64,000 nt of DNA from Chiloscyllium plagiosum (GCF_004010195.1 NC_057718.1:34311239-34375238); one strand, 5' to 3'. Shown: positions 12,415 through 26,900, counted from the stretch's first letter. Notes: generated from the letters alone by a model not told the origin. Program-made: numbers and translations.

Positions 12415-13202
12415 AGCTCAGATTCTTCTGATCATTACTTGTCCCTCACAGCAAGGAGGATGCTGGCCACTGAGTTTCGGAGTACAGAGGTAGGGTGGTG
12501 GTGGTTGAGGGGGGTGGGGGGATGTGTATGTGTGGGGTGGGTGTGAGAGGAAAAGAAAGGGGGAGAGCAAATGAGGGAGGCTATAAAAATAGCAGTGAGA
12601 TCTTTGCAAGATTAAACATGTACAAAATAGGAATGGTGAAAGACTTTAAGGGAGTAATAGCATTAAGAAGGGAAGGGGTGAGAAAAACAACTTTTTAAAT
12701 CCTATTCCATATTGATAGGAGTCATGAGTCAGTGAGTTGGAGAGTCCATAGATGATGAAGAGTTGCACATCTTCTTCAGTTTTTGTCTTTCTCTTGTGCC
12801 TGTGGCCTTCAGATTCTTGTACTCTCACAATCAGTAATGCAGTGTCTTTTATATTGAAGGAAGTATATTTCAACAGGTACTATCAAGATATCATCAAAGA
12901 ACAGTTGTCTACTATATTAGTAAACAAATATAGCATAGGCAAAAACTTTAGGGACAGTCAGGTGTGCAACTTATTTTTTGTTAAAAGTAACAGTTTTTCA
13001 AGGAACAAGTCAAACTTTACATTTCTGAAAATTACTCACCACATGTTGTATATTACTTGTTATGCAAACAACAAAGGTTGACTTCAAGGTTTTTTTGCTG
13101 TTGTAGGCTTCTCTAATTTAACAATATGACTTTGGTAATTGCTTTTCTGTGAATATGTTCTTCGTAGGCGCTGGATCAATTGTCCGAAGCAAAATTCCTT
13201 GG

Positions 13203-13498
13203 TTTGATTTGATTACTTTACAGTGTGGAAACAGGCCCTTCGGCCCAACAAGTCCACACCGACCCTCCGAAGAGCAACCCACCCAGACCCATTCCCCTAC
13301 ACCTAACGCTACGGGCAATTTAGCATGGCTAATTCACCTAACCTGCGCGTTTTTGGACTGTGGGAGGAAACCAGAGCACCTGGAGGAAACCCACACAGAC
13401 ACAGGGAGAATGTGCAAACTCCACACAGACAGTTGCCTGAGGCGGGAATTGAACCCGGGTCTCTGGCGCTGTGAGGCAGCAGTGCTAACCACTGTGCC
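13203..13498 (-). mobile_element. HE1-type SINE
   Basis: A/B boxes (ggcacagtggttagcac; ggttcaattccc) on minus strand; CR1-like tail. Confidence 0.85.
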
Positions 13499-13979
13499 TC
13501 AAGTGTTCTTCAAGTGTTGCTCACTTGACACTGTGCTTCCTCCAGCATCTTTCTCAAGGCTCCAGTATTACTCTCAATCATCACCCTCTCCAAATGTTTT
13601 GTGGTTTGAAACTTCAAGTTGGTGTCACTTATTCATCAGCTTTTGTGTATCTAATTGATTAATCTAGACCTCATCAACATCAAGAAACATTTTGTCATGG
13701 ACAGTAGAATGTATGGGTTTGTATATCCTAGGCTCATGCAGCAGGACCTGGTCTCCAGTTATCTTGGACACTCTTGCCACTGGGCCAAAGCTCCACCTTC
13801 TTCTGGATTGCCATTCAGAAGAGGAGAATGACCTCCATGGGCTTTGTTGTTGAAAATTAACCAGTTAGGCATCTCAGAGGCTTGCATTGTAAGATAAACA
13901 AATATTGCATGAGCATTTGTCTCACTTTTGCCCAGCACTAGTGAGTTATAGTCCTCTGTGTGTACAGCCCTGTACTGCA

Positions 13980-15780
13980 TAGTGCAGCTGAGTCCAAAGG
14001 GGAATTGACACCAACCTTGTACAGTCCTGCCCCAAACTGCAAATGATGACAAGCTGATCCTCCTTGATAACTTCAATATCAGAGTTGAAAAGGATACAGA
14101 CCTCTGGGGAGATGTAATTGGCGGAGACGGTGTAGGGAAATCCAATAGCAACTAGTCCTTACAAAATGGCAAGAACATGGCTTTATCATAGCCAATACTT
14201 TATTACTTCTGAAAGACAAGTCCAAAGCCTCATGGCATCATCCTTGCTCCAAACACTGGCACCAGCTCGACTGTGCCCTTATCTACATGAGGGACTGCAA
14301 GGACTTGTGTTTGACCCATGTCCTGATAGGAGCCAGTGACTTCTGGCAGGACTACTGTCTAATTCACTCTGTTACTAACATCAACATTGTCTCAAAGCAT
14401 TGTCAACAATAGAAGCAACGCTGCAGCAATAAATATCAATGCGGAAACACTTGTAGACCTTGATAGGAGAGCCCTTTTCAGTCCATGTCTCATTGCCAAG
14501 CTGAAGACTTGGAGTGTCCACAGTGCTCAGTCTGCTCTTAGGGGGTCTATAATCAGAATCTGTGAAGAGATAATCAGTCTCTTTTTCAAGAAACACCAAG
14601 GCTGTATTTCGATGAACATGAGCAAGAGCAAGAGCTCCAGGACTTGATAAGCTGCAAGTACAAGGCACTTCTGAAACAGCATTTGTCTCACTTTTGCCCA
14701 GCACTAGTGAGTTATAGTCCTCTGTGTGTACAGCCCTGTACTGCATAGTGCAGCTGAGTCCAAAGGGGAATTGACACCAACCTTGTACAGTCCTGCCCCA
14801 AACTGCAAATGATGACAAGCTGATCCTCCTTGATAACTTCAATATCAGAGTTGAAAAGGATACAGACCTTTCTACAGAGCTAGAAAGCAGTTCCACAGAC
14901 AACTAACATCTGTAGTTCACCAGATTAAAAAAAAACACTTTGACTTCAAGAACAGATAGTAGTGCAGAAACTGCAGGAAATCCATCAGTTAGCTGATAAC
15001 CACAATATACATGGCTGTTTTTTAAAGTTGTGAAGATCACCTACTGCTCATGCACTTAGGGATCCACTCTACTGCTGGCCAAGACAGAACGCTGTCTCAT
15101 CTTCTGTCATTGAACCGCAATATGCAGATGGCTCTACACACATTTGGAGGCTGAGCTCCAAACCATTGTCATTGAGGCATATGAGAGCATGGGTCTTACA
15201 CTAAACATTCATAGGAATCTATCAGTCTACCGACCTGCCTGCTATACACTTTACTGCCCCCTTGGTCATCAAAATCCATGATAAGGCCTTGGATAACCTC
15301 AATCACTTTTCATATTATGGAAGCTTTCAATGAGTGCAAACATTGAGTCCAACAATGTTCCCGTGCTTGAGGAAGACAGTGTGTGATGACCAGAATCACA
15401 AACCTGACATGAACTGCATGCTCTGCAGGACAGTAGTGACATCCATCCTCCCACACAACTCAGAAATGTAGAATATGTACAGCAGGCTCCTCATAAGCCT
15501 GGAGAAGCCCACCAGTGCTGACTCTGCAATATCCTGTAAATCCATTGGCAGGATTGTTGTACTATCGTCTGAGTTCTCACTTAGGCCAATGTCCCTAGCA
15601 TTGAAGCATTAACATCTCTCAAGAACTAACACTGTACTTGTAGCTCTGACATGGCATGTCAATCCCTTGAGAGCAGACAAAAATGCTTCACAAACAGTCT
15701 AAAAGCCTCCTTGAGAAAGTATAACATAGATAGCTGAAAAACCCTGGCCAAAGCTGTGACTTCAGGTCCAAGACTTGCCT
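13980..15780 (+). mobile_element. Decayed RTE-clade LINE with internal deletions
   Basis: DKLILLDNFNIRVEKD (AP-endonuclease GDFNARVG-like), AYESMGLTLNI and HFSYYGS remnants. Confidence 0.65.
14678..14869 (+). repeat. Exact 192-bp direct repeat of 13912-14103
   Basis: Identical by eye from agcatttgtctc to gatacagacct. Confidence 0.92.
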
Positions 15781-15819
15781 TCTAGTAGAAACATGTTCTT
15801 TGTGTCCACACAGACTCCC

Positions 15820-16020
15820 CGATAGTCTGTACATTTCAATGCGATCCCCCTTCATTCTTCTAAACTCCATCAAGTACAGTCCCAGGATGCTGAACCGCTC
15901 CTCAAATAACAAGCCCTTTATTCTCAGGATCATTCTTGTAAATATTTTATAGATCCCCTCCAATGCTAGCACATCCTTCCTTAGATTCCAGCCCAAAACT
16001 GCTCACAATATTCAAAATGC
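15820..16020 (-). mobile_element. CR1 fragment
   Basis: ORF 15688-15996 includes LRKDVLALEGIYKIFTRMI..GLYLMEFRRMKGDRIE. Confidence 0.7.
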
Positions 16021-16689
16021 AGTTAAATAGGTTATTCATTGGACACTTCAGTCATCTGAGAACTCATTCGTAGTATGGAAGCAAGTCATCCTCAAACGTG
16101 TGGGGGCAGTCTAAGACGATCTTCTACTTATTTCATAACTTTTGGTGGTCTTCGCAATCTTGTTGATTTATACCAAGAACTTTGACTGTTCACTTGTATT
16201 TCCAGTGTTTCTAATAACAATAATTAAGACATGGCCTATAACATAAATTGACATATGTTTGGCAACAACAACGAACTGTTCAGCTTTTCCATGAGGTCAA
16301 TATTCATTTGAAAATGCTTCTTATATTGCTTTCATTCCACTTTACCAGTGTTTAGGAGTGTGGTTTTGTTTAAAAAAACACAGAGGAGTGTTCTTTTAAA
16401 AAGAAAACATACTTTAGGTCCTCAAAGACAGCAATATGGATGTGCAGAAAAGGAAAATGAGAAACTGCAATTGTAGCTGTTTACTTATTTTTTATTTTAT
16501 CAGTTAGATGAAAGCAATTCTATCAGGACCCAGGAGCAGCTCAAACTGGTTTGCAGCTAATTGTGCACCTCTGACATGAAACATTGACCTTGATATTAAA
16601 TCAATAGGCGTGAGAGGGTTAGTTTAAAAAGTAAAAGTGGAGAATGCTCCCTCAACTCAGTATACTGCTCACCACTTTTACAGTTAGAA

Positions 16690-16865
16690 ACAAAAATAAA
16701 CTGCAGATGCTGGAATCCAAAGTAGACCAGGTTGGAAGCTGGAAAAACACAGCAAGCCAGGCAGCATCAGGAGGTGCAGAAGTCATCATTTTGGGTGTAA
16801 GCCTTCTTCAGCACCTGCTGATGCTCCCTGGCTTGCTGTGTTCTTCCAGTCTTCTGCCTGTCTAT
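16690..16865. mobile_element. Fold-back PLE-derived element
   Basis: ctggaaaaacacagcaagccaggcagcatcag is mirrored by ctgatgctccctggcttgctgtgttcttccag; degenerate hammerhead remnant at the centre. Confidence 0.65.
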
Positions 16866-18271
16866 GCCATTTTTACAATGGCAGGCTTCAACCTGTCCAA
16901 ATGTCCCTGCCAAGAAAGGACAGATCATTTCATTAGCACATTTAACATGGGCTAGCACTGTAAAATTAGGACGGTGACTAAAATTTTATAGATGCTTCAA
17001 ATGTTTCCCACGTGTCAGGAGTTGGAGCAGTGAACTGGATGCTGGGTCAGTCAGCTGGTTTGCACCACGCCTTGTGGACCCAGTGAAGCAGAACTGAAGT
17101 GACCCACTGACTTCTCTCTGCTGATCATGACTTTGCTCATCCCCAACACTTCTCTCTCTGTGTCCTTGTCTCTCTGTCTCTCTCTCCATCCAGTCTTGTC
17201 AATTATAGCCCATCTTACACAGCAGGCCCAATTTTCTGACATTCCCCTGCCCTCCATAAATACAAACATTGACCTTCCTTGCCAGAAAATGTCTTTAAAG
17301 ATCTGTTGCAGTCTCTTGCCACTGGATCACCTGGCAAGGTGTATTGTGAATTCGGCCAGTTTTCAGGTGGGAGCTGAAGGAGAAAGGCAACAGTGGTGCC
17401 AGGGCAAATGTGTACCCTCGCATCTCAAGTCTTGCCAGGATATCCCTACCCTGCTGCCTTCCTTCACACCTGCTTTCGTATTGGTGTTGTTGTCATAGAA
17501 CTGGACAACAAGGTCCCAGAAATGCCTTTTAATTCTGATGAAAGCTCATTTGGGCTAAACATCAACTAATCATTCCTTCATAGATGCTGGCTGGCCTACT
17601 GAGTGGTTTCAGCATTTCCTAATTTAATCTATATTAAATTATCTAGAGCTGTTTGTGATGCTCATTGAGGGATAAATAGTCCAGGGCACTGGAGAACTTT
17701 CTTGTCTTTCTACAAAGAGTTCGGTTAGAATTTTTATGCCATCTAAGATGGCAAATGAGGCCTCAGATCAAGTTTTGGCATCTTACCAGACTCTGAGCAA
17801 TATGGGCTATGGTGAGATGAGTGGTAGAATCGGGCATGTTCTGTGAGGACCGTCTTGACATCACGATCATTTTGCTCATAATTTGTTCATTTCTCTCAAA
17901 TGGCATGGAGAGATTCTCGCTGGGCAGCGGCATGTTCCCAGTTGATGCTCATTATCGCTTGTTGACAGCCCAACTCATCCCATGTTCTGATCACTTCTGA
18001 CTCCTTCTATAGTCAAGCAGCTCAGCTTCCAGATGTCAGTTGGTGCATGGTCAGATGAGGCAGAAATCAGACTAGATGCTTGTCTCGAGGAAATTCCAAT
18101 TAATGTGACAAGTTTAATACGATACACTGAAAAAATGTGATTGGCCTCACACAAAAATCCTTCCACAAAACTCAGTGTGACTCACACTTTGCGATAAAAA
18201 AACCACAAGAATTTGCCCAATATCTCATTTAAGAAATGGCAGCTCCAATGTCACCTGCATTGCCAGTTGGG

Positions 18272-18365
18272 CTGATGAAGAGCCATATTAGACTCAAAAC
18301 GTTAACTCTGTTTCTTTCTCCGCTGATGCTGCCAGAGCTGCTGAGTTACACCAGCAATCTCCGGG
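18272..18365 (+). mobile_element. Older PLE pseudo-LTR relic with degenerate hammerhead
   Basis: CTGATGA A GAGCC-ATATTA-GACTC AAAAC GTT followed by gatgctgccagagctgctgag; related relics at 17535-17620 and 60665-60890. Confidence 0.55.
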
Positions 18366-19283
18366 TTTAGCTGGTATGTACATTAAAAAAAGGCTTAATC
18401 ACCCATAACCTTCTGCCTCAAATTAATTTTAGATGGGATAGTTAAGTTTCAGTTTACGATTTAACATTTTGTATCTCAGCTAGGTTTCGAAAGATGGTAT
18501 TAATTTTTAAAAAGTTTTTAATACTGCAAAACTACAATTGCTGACATTTTTGAAATTCCTCTAGCCCTTCCAGGATATATTGTAGTTTGAAAGGCACAAT
18601 TGCAGTAAGGTCAAATCAAAGATCAAAATTGTCTAAGGGTAATAAGAGATCACATGAAGCAATAAATTTCATAATTTCACCCTCCAGCAGTTTCATGTGT
18701 TTGCCAGTGCTCTGTCTTTGCATTCCTTTTGCAAAAACACTGATGGCATATTTGATATGCCTGTAGCTTTAGTTATAACAAATCAATTTCCAGTTATATT
18801 TTCAGACTAACCTATGGTTCTCACAGGTCATCATACCTTTATTTACAGCTTCTTTGATGGTCACTGTGATTTTTTTCTTGCCCATGTCAACTCTGCAAAG
18901 CTAATGATCAGCTTTCTTTACATTTGCAATCCTAAAACCTCCCATCCAGTTCTTGTCTCTAAATGCATTCCTGATTTCCAGCACTCTACCATTAGGCCTT
19001 TAGTAGGACAATTTATTCTCAAAAGACTTTGCTTCTCTAGCTCTCTCCTGTTGAGATACTGTTTTAAATCTCCCTCTCCACTATCCTAATGGACAGATGC
19101 CAAATTTTGTTTAATAATCCTCTTGTGAAGCAAATGGGTTAGGGTTACTCAGTTAAAGAGTACAGTAAAAGAAGACTGTTAGGTCATTTGCTACCACTAA
19201 TGGCAACCTCAATTTTAGCAACAGTATTCAATCACAACAGGAGATTAACTCTTCCCTACTCTATGCCTCTAGTGACAAACATA

Positions 19284-19457
19284 CGGAGGAGCCTCAATTA
19301 TCCGGCATTCAATTATCCGAATATCGGATTATCCGGCAAGATTGCAAGGTTCCAATGCTTGGCTAAACTATGTTGCCTGGCATTCACTTATCCCGAATTC
19401 AATTAACCAAGCCAAATACTCTCTGCCTGTGTCCTTTGGATAATCGAGGCTTCTCTG
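19284..19457. mobile_element. Tc1/mariner-pogo (Tigger-like) MITE
   Basis: 20-bp TIRs cggaggagcctcaattatcc / ggataatcgaggcttctctg (3 mismatches), TA on both flanks, internal repeats of the ttatccg motif. Confidence 0.8.
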
Positions 19458-20879
19458 TATATGGCCAGTCTTAATGAGGTAAGCTGGCACAAGTCACCAT
19501 CTCCCCTTGTGGTCAGTGGTACTAATTCCACTCTGCTGATTTTTCCATTCTGTAATCTCCACATTCAGAAAATTAAACTTGCTTTCAGAATGAAATAAGT
19601 GGGCCGATGCTTTCTTCTCGCTGTCAGTATTTCTAATTTCTACCCTGAACGAAACAGGCCAGAACCTCATCAAATCACATGATCATTGCTATCAGAATCA
19701 GTTCTCCAATAAAAGGAGAACACAAATTTACAAATTCAGAACATAACTGCAACAAAATCCATCAACCATGCCCAAAATAACAGTGAAGAAACAAGGAAGT
19801 CCAGCAGCTTTTTTAGAGACGTTGGTTCAGTAATGATTGTCACAGTATTCTAACTTTTAAACTGGTGAGAAATTCTGTTCCACCTGGCTCCAGATAAACA
19901 CATACCTGATCCAAGAATAACTCTGATCCAAGCATGGAATTCCAGGGAGCCAAAACCACTTTCCGTTCACTCCTATTGTGTAAATTTCCTGATCCAAGTA
20001 TAACATTGAACACAAAATCCTGTGACAGGCAGAAAATCTTCCTCCATCTCTGCCTGTTATTGGTCAACCCACTACTCAGCCCTTCCAAGTGTTTATAGCA
20101 GAATTTAAAGCTTTGAGATTGGTTTTGAGTGAAATGTTGATTTTTGTTCTTTACTTCACAATCACTTGTTGAATGAGTGACAGATTAAGAGTAAGGGGGT
20201 CTTCTGGAGAGACTGATTTCACATTCAGTCTATGAAACTCCACATCAAATATGACTTATCAATTTCTGAAATGGTTTTATCTTTAAATGTGAGTGACACA
20301 GACCAGGAGGACCCACAATTCCTTGGTTAATACATACACCAGCAATTATCAGTGTGAAGAGGGAAATTTGGAAAAGACATGCAACGCATTTTGATAAATG
20401 AGATAGGAGTTTGTCAACATTCATCTACATAGCTTTGTCATTAGCTCTTTTAAAGGTCATACATCTGCAATGACTTATGTTTGGTTTCTGTCTTTTTTGA
20501 TTAAAAGAAATACATTTTTGTTTACATAAGCAAGTTCTGAGGAATTCAGTTGACGAATTACTGAACCTAGTGAAGACGGATTAGGTCACACGTAATCCAA
20601 ATAGGAAAATTAACCCGGGTTGCCATGCTAATGATTAATTTGTTCATTTAGATCCCACGCACTAGCTAGGGCAGTAATGCTCTCCCAATCTTGTCACCTT
20701 AATACAGTGCTGAAATATAAAAAAATTCCACATAACAATTTTCAATTCATTATCTTCTGATTCAAGTGCACATGCAAGTATGAGTTAACATGCAAATAGA
20801 ACTAAGGAGTTTTAGTCCATTACTTTGAGATGAACTTTTATTTTTCTCTACACACTCATCTCTTTACCACAAGGCATGC

Positions 20880-21985
20880 ATTCCCTCATAGGGTGTAGTT
20901 GTAAAGGTGACAGGTGTCTTCTGATACCTCGCCTAAGTGGCTATTATTCATGAATAAGCTTGGGAACAAGCGCATGTACCAACTGTGAATGACATTGTTA
21001 CTGAGGTCAGAACTGTCCTTCCCTAGTGTTTCAGTGTGGATGGATTGATATCTATCTGGAGTGGATATCACTCATTGAGGTTAATAAAACTGAGGTTAAT
21101 AAAAGGAGAACACAATTTTTCATCCAACTGTCTTCAGCTGCTTTATCACTGTGTTTACCTCTGATTTGGGGTTATTCTCTGATGAATGCATAATGTTCAA
21201 TATCATTTGCAGTTACTTGAAATGGTTTGTACCCTTATGTGACAAATCCTGGATAGCATTCAAACTGGGGCTGGTAAATGACAAATAATATTTTGTAACA
21301 AACGCAGCAATGACCACAGCAAAGAACATATCCGACCATCACTGGTTAATGTTGAATGACATTACACTCACTGAAACCCTTACACTGACCAGAAACTGAC
21401 CTGCAAACCCTATAAATACTGGGGCTACAAAAGCCAAGTCAGAGACTGAGATTACTGCAGCAAATGACCCACCCCAGTGACTCTCCAATGTCTGTCCACC
21501 AGCTACAAAGCACACATCAGGAATGTGATGGAATTCTGTCTGCTCACTTGAGTGAGCTTCAGTGCTCAAAGAATTCAACACCATCCAGGACAAAGCAACT
21601 TGCTTGATCATACTTAAAAAATTCAATCTCTCCATCACCTCCATCAGTATGTATCAGGTACAAAATGTATCACAGCGACTGACCCAGCCATTCATAATAG
21701 TGCCTTCTAAACTGGAAATGTCTCCCATCTAGGACAAAAGCAGAAGATGTATGGGAACACCACAACTTGCAAGCTTCTCTCCAAGTTACACCTCTCCTCA
21801 ATTGCCATTCTATGACTATTATGGTGTCAAAATCCTGGAAATGTCTCCCTGACAACATTGTAGGTTTACATACATCATATGGACAGAAGCAGTTCCAGAA
21901 AGCAGCCTTGTCATGCCTTCTCCAGGGCAATGTGGAGTGGGCAATAAATGCTGGCCTTGCTAGCGACACACACATCACATGATTT
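20880..21985 (+). mobile_element. Old CR1/L2-superfamily LINE 3' portion
   Basis: Ends gggcaataaatgctggcc...cacatc; homologous to the minus-strand copy at 57200-58430. Confidence 0.6.
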
Positions 21986-22109
21986 AATAAGAAGAAAACC
22001 TGATAACACACTTTCCTTTCCATCATCCTCTCATTGACTCTTGTCTTTTTTGCAAGAAATATTGGAGCACAATAATTATGCAAGGAACAAAAATGGGAAA
22101 GGACCATGC

Positions 22110-23945
22110 AGCCTTTCCTATTAAAGAAGAGGAGGTGATAAAAGTCTTAAAACACATAAATGGGCAGCCTGGTGGGCTCAGTGGTTAGCACTGCTGCCTC
22201 ACTTCACCATGGACCCAGGTTTGGTTCCACCCTTGCGTTTGCACAGTCTCCCCAAGTCTGCATGAGTTTCCTCCAGGTGCTCCGGGTTCCTCCCACAGTC
22301 CAAATATGGGCAGGTTAGGTAGATTGGCCATGGGAAATGCAGTGTTGCAGGAATAGAGTAGGAGAGTGGGTTGGATGCTCTTCAGAAGGTTTGTGTGGAT
22401 TCAATCGATTGAATGGCCTGCTTCTACACTGTCGGGATTCTATGAAATCGGCGAGACCAGATCAGATGTTTCCCAGAAATTTACGGGAAGTTGGGAACAG
22501 ATTGGTGAGCTACTTGCTGAGATATTTGTATCATCCACAGCTATGGGTCAGGAACCAGCAGTCTGGAGGTTGGCTAATGTGGTGCCATTATTTAAGAAAG
22601 GCTGTAAAGAAAAGCCAGGAAGCCAGGAAATCCAGGAAAAGACTGGTGAGTCTGGCATTGGCAGTGGGCAAGTTGTTGGAGGGAATCCTGAGGGATAAAA
22701 TTTATATGTATTTGAAAAGAGAAGGACTGATAAGGAATAGTCAGTGTCTCGTGAACTTGATTGATTTATTTTTAGAAGTGACAAAGATGATTGATGAAGG
22801 CTGTGTGTACTTCAGCAAAGCATATGACAAGGTTCTGCATGATAGACTGATTGGTAAAATTATAAGATCCAGACTGAGCTAGCCAATTGGACACAAATTG
22901 GCTTGAAGGTAGGAGACAGAGTGTGGTGGTAGAGGGTTGGTTTCAGACTCATGGCTTGTGACCAATAGTGTGCCCTCAAGGATCGGTGCTGTGTCCACTG
23001 CTTTTTGTCATTTATATAAATGATTTGAATGTGAATATGGGAAGCATGGTTAATAAGTTCACACATGATACCAATGTAGGTGGTGTATGGATTATAAAAA
23101 AGATTATCTCAGGGTATAAGGTACTCTTGATCAGATGAGCCAATGGGCCGAGGAGTGGCAGATTTACCTTAATTTAGATAAATGTGAGGTGTTGCGTTTT
23201 GGTAAGACAAATCAAGGCAGGACTTATACAGTTAATGGTAGGACAGTGGGAAGTGTTGCCGAGTGAAGAGACCTAGAGGTGGAGGTGCATAGTTCCTTGA
23301 AAGTAGGGTTGCAGGTTGACAGGGTGGTGAAGAAGGTTTTGGCATGCTTGCCTTTATTGGTAAGATTGTTGAGTATCGGAGTTAAGCCATCATGTTGTGG
23401 CTGTACAGGACGTTGGTGAGACCACTTTTAGAATACTGCATACAATCCCGGTTGCCCTTCGAAAGGAAGGGTTTTGTTAAACTTGAGAAAGTGCAGAAAT
23501 GATTTATAAGCATGTTGCCAAGTTTGGAGGATTTGAACCATAGGAAGAGGCTGAATAGGCTGGGGCTTTTCTGCTTGGAGCAACAGAGGCTAAGGGTGAC
23601 CTTATAGAGGTTTATTTAATCATGAGGGGTGTGCATAGGGTGAATAGCCAAGTTCTTTTACCCAGGGTGGGGGGAGTCCAAAATAAGAGGGCATGGGTTT
23701 AAGGTGAGAGAGGAAAGATTTAAAAGGGACGTCAGGGATAATATTTTCATGCAAAGGGTGGTGCCTGTATGAATGAGCTGCCAGAGGAATTGGTGGAGGC
23801 TGGGACAATTATAGCATTTAAAATGCATTTGGATGGATTTATGAATAGGAAGGGTTTAGAGGGATATGGGGCAAATGGGAATAGGTCAGACTGGGATGTC
23901 TGATCGGCACAGATAAATTGGACCGAACGTGCTGTATGACTGTAC
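22110..23945 (+). mobile_element. CR1 LINE interrupted by an HE1 SINE
   Basis: WRLANVVPLFKKG and FSKAYDKV motifs; CR1 3' end. Confidence 0.85.
22162..22445 (+). mobile_element. HE1-type SINE
   Basis: gggcagcctggtgggctcagtggttagcactgctgcctcac head; gggattctatga tail. Confidence 0.8.
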
Positions 23946-26900
23946 GACACTAAGTAGCAGAAAATAAAGGAATTTATATCTGCTTCACTGTATAGAATTT
24001 TCCTTAATTACTTGTATATATTTATGAAACTCAAGCAAAACACACAGTTAATGTCTCCATGACAAAGTGGATTGTGATGTATGCTTTCTACCGTTATGGA
24101 GACTCCCAACACTATCCGAATTATTTTGCCTTTCTCTCCTTTCTACATCTGACACAGCAGTGAGGATCATATCTGAAAGAAGATTTTATGGAGAAGCAAA
24201 CTTTTTTTGACATGACACCAATCCTAACCATCAACACAGAGATTTCACATGATATGATAGAAAGTGCACCATGCAACCCACATAGATGTCATGCAATATT
24301 CTGATTAGCATATAGCTGGACATGTATATACTTAGAGAGCATAATCATCACAGGAAGTAATATATATATATAAAACTATGTTGTATGTCAGAGTAGTCAG
24401 AGCAGTATTAGTCCCTGTGTGCAGAGTTGTCCTGTAACCCTGTTTTTAGTGTGTTTCCATCAATAGCAAATCCAACTGTTTATTACCAAGCTGTGCTAGA
24501 AGCCAATTATACAATAAAATCACTTCAACAGGGTAGACTGTGCGTAATTGAGTAGCTATTGAAAAATAATTGCCAAACAGTAGTATACCTAGTCCTGTAA
24601 CACAGAGTAAAGCGATTTGGAAGGAAAAGCTAATGTCCTATACCTGAACATGCAACTTTTTCTATTTTCTTTCCCATGTTCTGTTAAAGTTTAATTTTTC
24701 CATGATACATATTTCCTGCTCTCTCTCTCTCTCTTTTCACTAAATTGTTGCATATCCAACCCTCTTTCTAGTCACCCATATTAGTAGCTGTTGGAATCAG
24801 TTCCTTATATTTAAGTTCACCTTCCTTTTAAATCTGCTATCATTCCCATTCTCAAAAACCTAACTGCAAAACAGTGTCAATTCTTCAGTGTTTGATTTGT
24901 GTATTTGGTCACCATTCTATGCTGGTATGCAACAATATGGCTGTGGTTACATGAATTGAACTAGGCAGTAAACGTGAGACAGCAAATATTGTGAAGCATT
25001 GTGATAAAGCACCTGTTAACACATATAACCTGGTTACTGTCACTTGTGCATATCCCAATCTTTTCACCCATCATATTCCCAGTCTGAGATAACTCTCTGG
25101 AGATTACAGTTCAATTTGTGGTTTATTTCTCTTCTGTGAAATCCATTCCTTTGAAGCTTCCTTGACACTTCATAAGGTGTGATATTCCAAGATCTCTCTC
25201 TCTCTTTCAACAACCACTGAATTTACATCTGTAGTCAACATTGGGCCTTATGTTCCTTTTGGGATCAGGGGTTCTGATCAATGTCATGAATATTTATGTG
25301 TAACGTTTCCAAGTTGGGTTTGTATGGGTAAAATAGAAAAATAAATGCAAAACAAGGCAGACTGGCCATTGGGAGGTTGGAGTTGCAAGATTTTGTAATT
25401 GAACTGTATGGACATAAATTCATCTACATCTTGCCAACAAATTTTACACATTCCAACACAACTGCTTCCTGCTACCTCAGCAAAATATTGCAAATAAATC
25501 TTGACCAAGATAGTAAAATTAGGATTATTAGACACTGATATAAATCCTTATAAGATTTTCTTTAAAAAATTGATGTCAAGAGGATGTTCAGATGAATTTT
25601 GCAAATATAAAATAAATTGAAGATTTAAACAGAACGTGGAGGAGTGGAGTTGAACTCACAAAAGACAGGTTTGTTGCAATTAATTAACTTTTTCAGTGTT
25701 CTACTTTGTTGAATATTTCATGCAATCTCAATTATCTCTAATTTAGAAAATGTTGCAAGGTTTACATCAGAGCTGGAGAAGGATATGGAAGATATTGAAC
25801 ATGGGAAAATAAATAACGACATCTTGAAAAATGCCCGTATTACAAAAGAGGAGGTGCTGGATGGCTTAAAACACATAAAGGTGGATAAATCCCCGGGATC
25901 TGATAAGGTATACCTAAGCAATCTGTAGAAAGCTAAGGAAGACATTGTTGGGCCCCTTGCTGAGATACCTGTATCATCGATAGCCACAGGCGAAATCCTG
26001 AAGGCTGGAGCTTGGCTAACGTGGTGCCATTATTTAAGAAAGGTGGTACGGAAAAGCAAGGGAACTATAGACTGGTGAGTCCGACATTGGAGTTGTTGGA
26101 GGGAATCCTAATGGATGAGATTTATATGCATCTGGACAGGAGAGGACTGATTAGGGATAGTCAACATGGCTTTGTAAGTGAGAAAACCGTGTCTCACAAA
26201 CTTAGTTGAGTTCGCTGAAAATGTATCAAAGAGGATTGATAAGGGCAGAGGAGTGGATGTGATCTATAAGGACTTCAGTAAGGCGTTCAACAAGGTTCCT
26301 CATGGTAGATTGATTAGCAAGGTTAGATCTCATGGAATACAGGGAGAACTAGCCATTTGGATACAGAACTGGCTCAAAGGTAGAAGACAGAGGGTGGTGG
26401 TGGAGGGCTGCTTTTCAGATTGGAGGCCTGTGACCAGTGGAATGCCACAAGGATTGGTGCAGGGTCCACCACTTTTCGTCATTTATATAAATGATTTGGA
26501 TGTGAACATAGGAAGTATAGTTAGTAGGTTTGCAGATGACACCAAAATTGGAGGGAAATGGACAGCAAAGAACGTTATGTCAGACTGCAATGGGATCTTG
26601 ATCAGCTGGGCCTATGGGCCAAGGAATGGCAGATGGAGTTTAATTTAGATAAATGCAAGCTGCTGCAGTTGGGAAAGGCAAATCATGGCAGGACTTATAC
26701 ACTTAATGGTAAGGTCCTGGAGAGTATTGCTGAACAAAGAGACCTCAGAGTGCAGGTTCATAGTTCCTTGAAAGTGGAGTCACAGGTAGATAGGACAGTG
26801 AAGAAGGTGTTTAGTATGCTTGCCTTTAATAGTCAGTGCATTGAGTATAGGAGTTGGGAGGTCATGTTGGGCTGTACAGGATATTGTTTAGGCCACTTTT

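Noticed and set aside
17380..17420. WCQGKCVP resembling an ADAMTS disintegrin motif
   Set aside because: Upstream DGT.CG pattern is missing, there is no convincing splice donor, and the rest of the ORF is low complexity.
22162..22240. tRNA gene
   Set aside because: A and B boxes belong to an HE1 SINE head; no cloverleaf.
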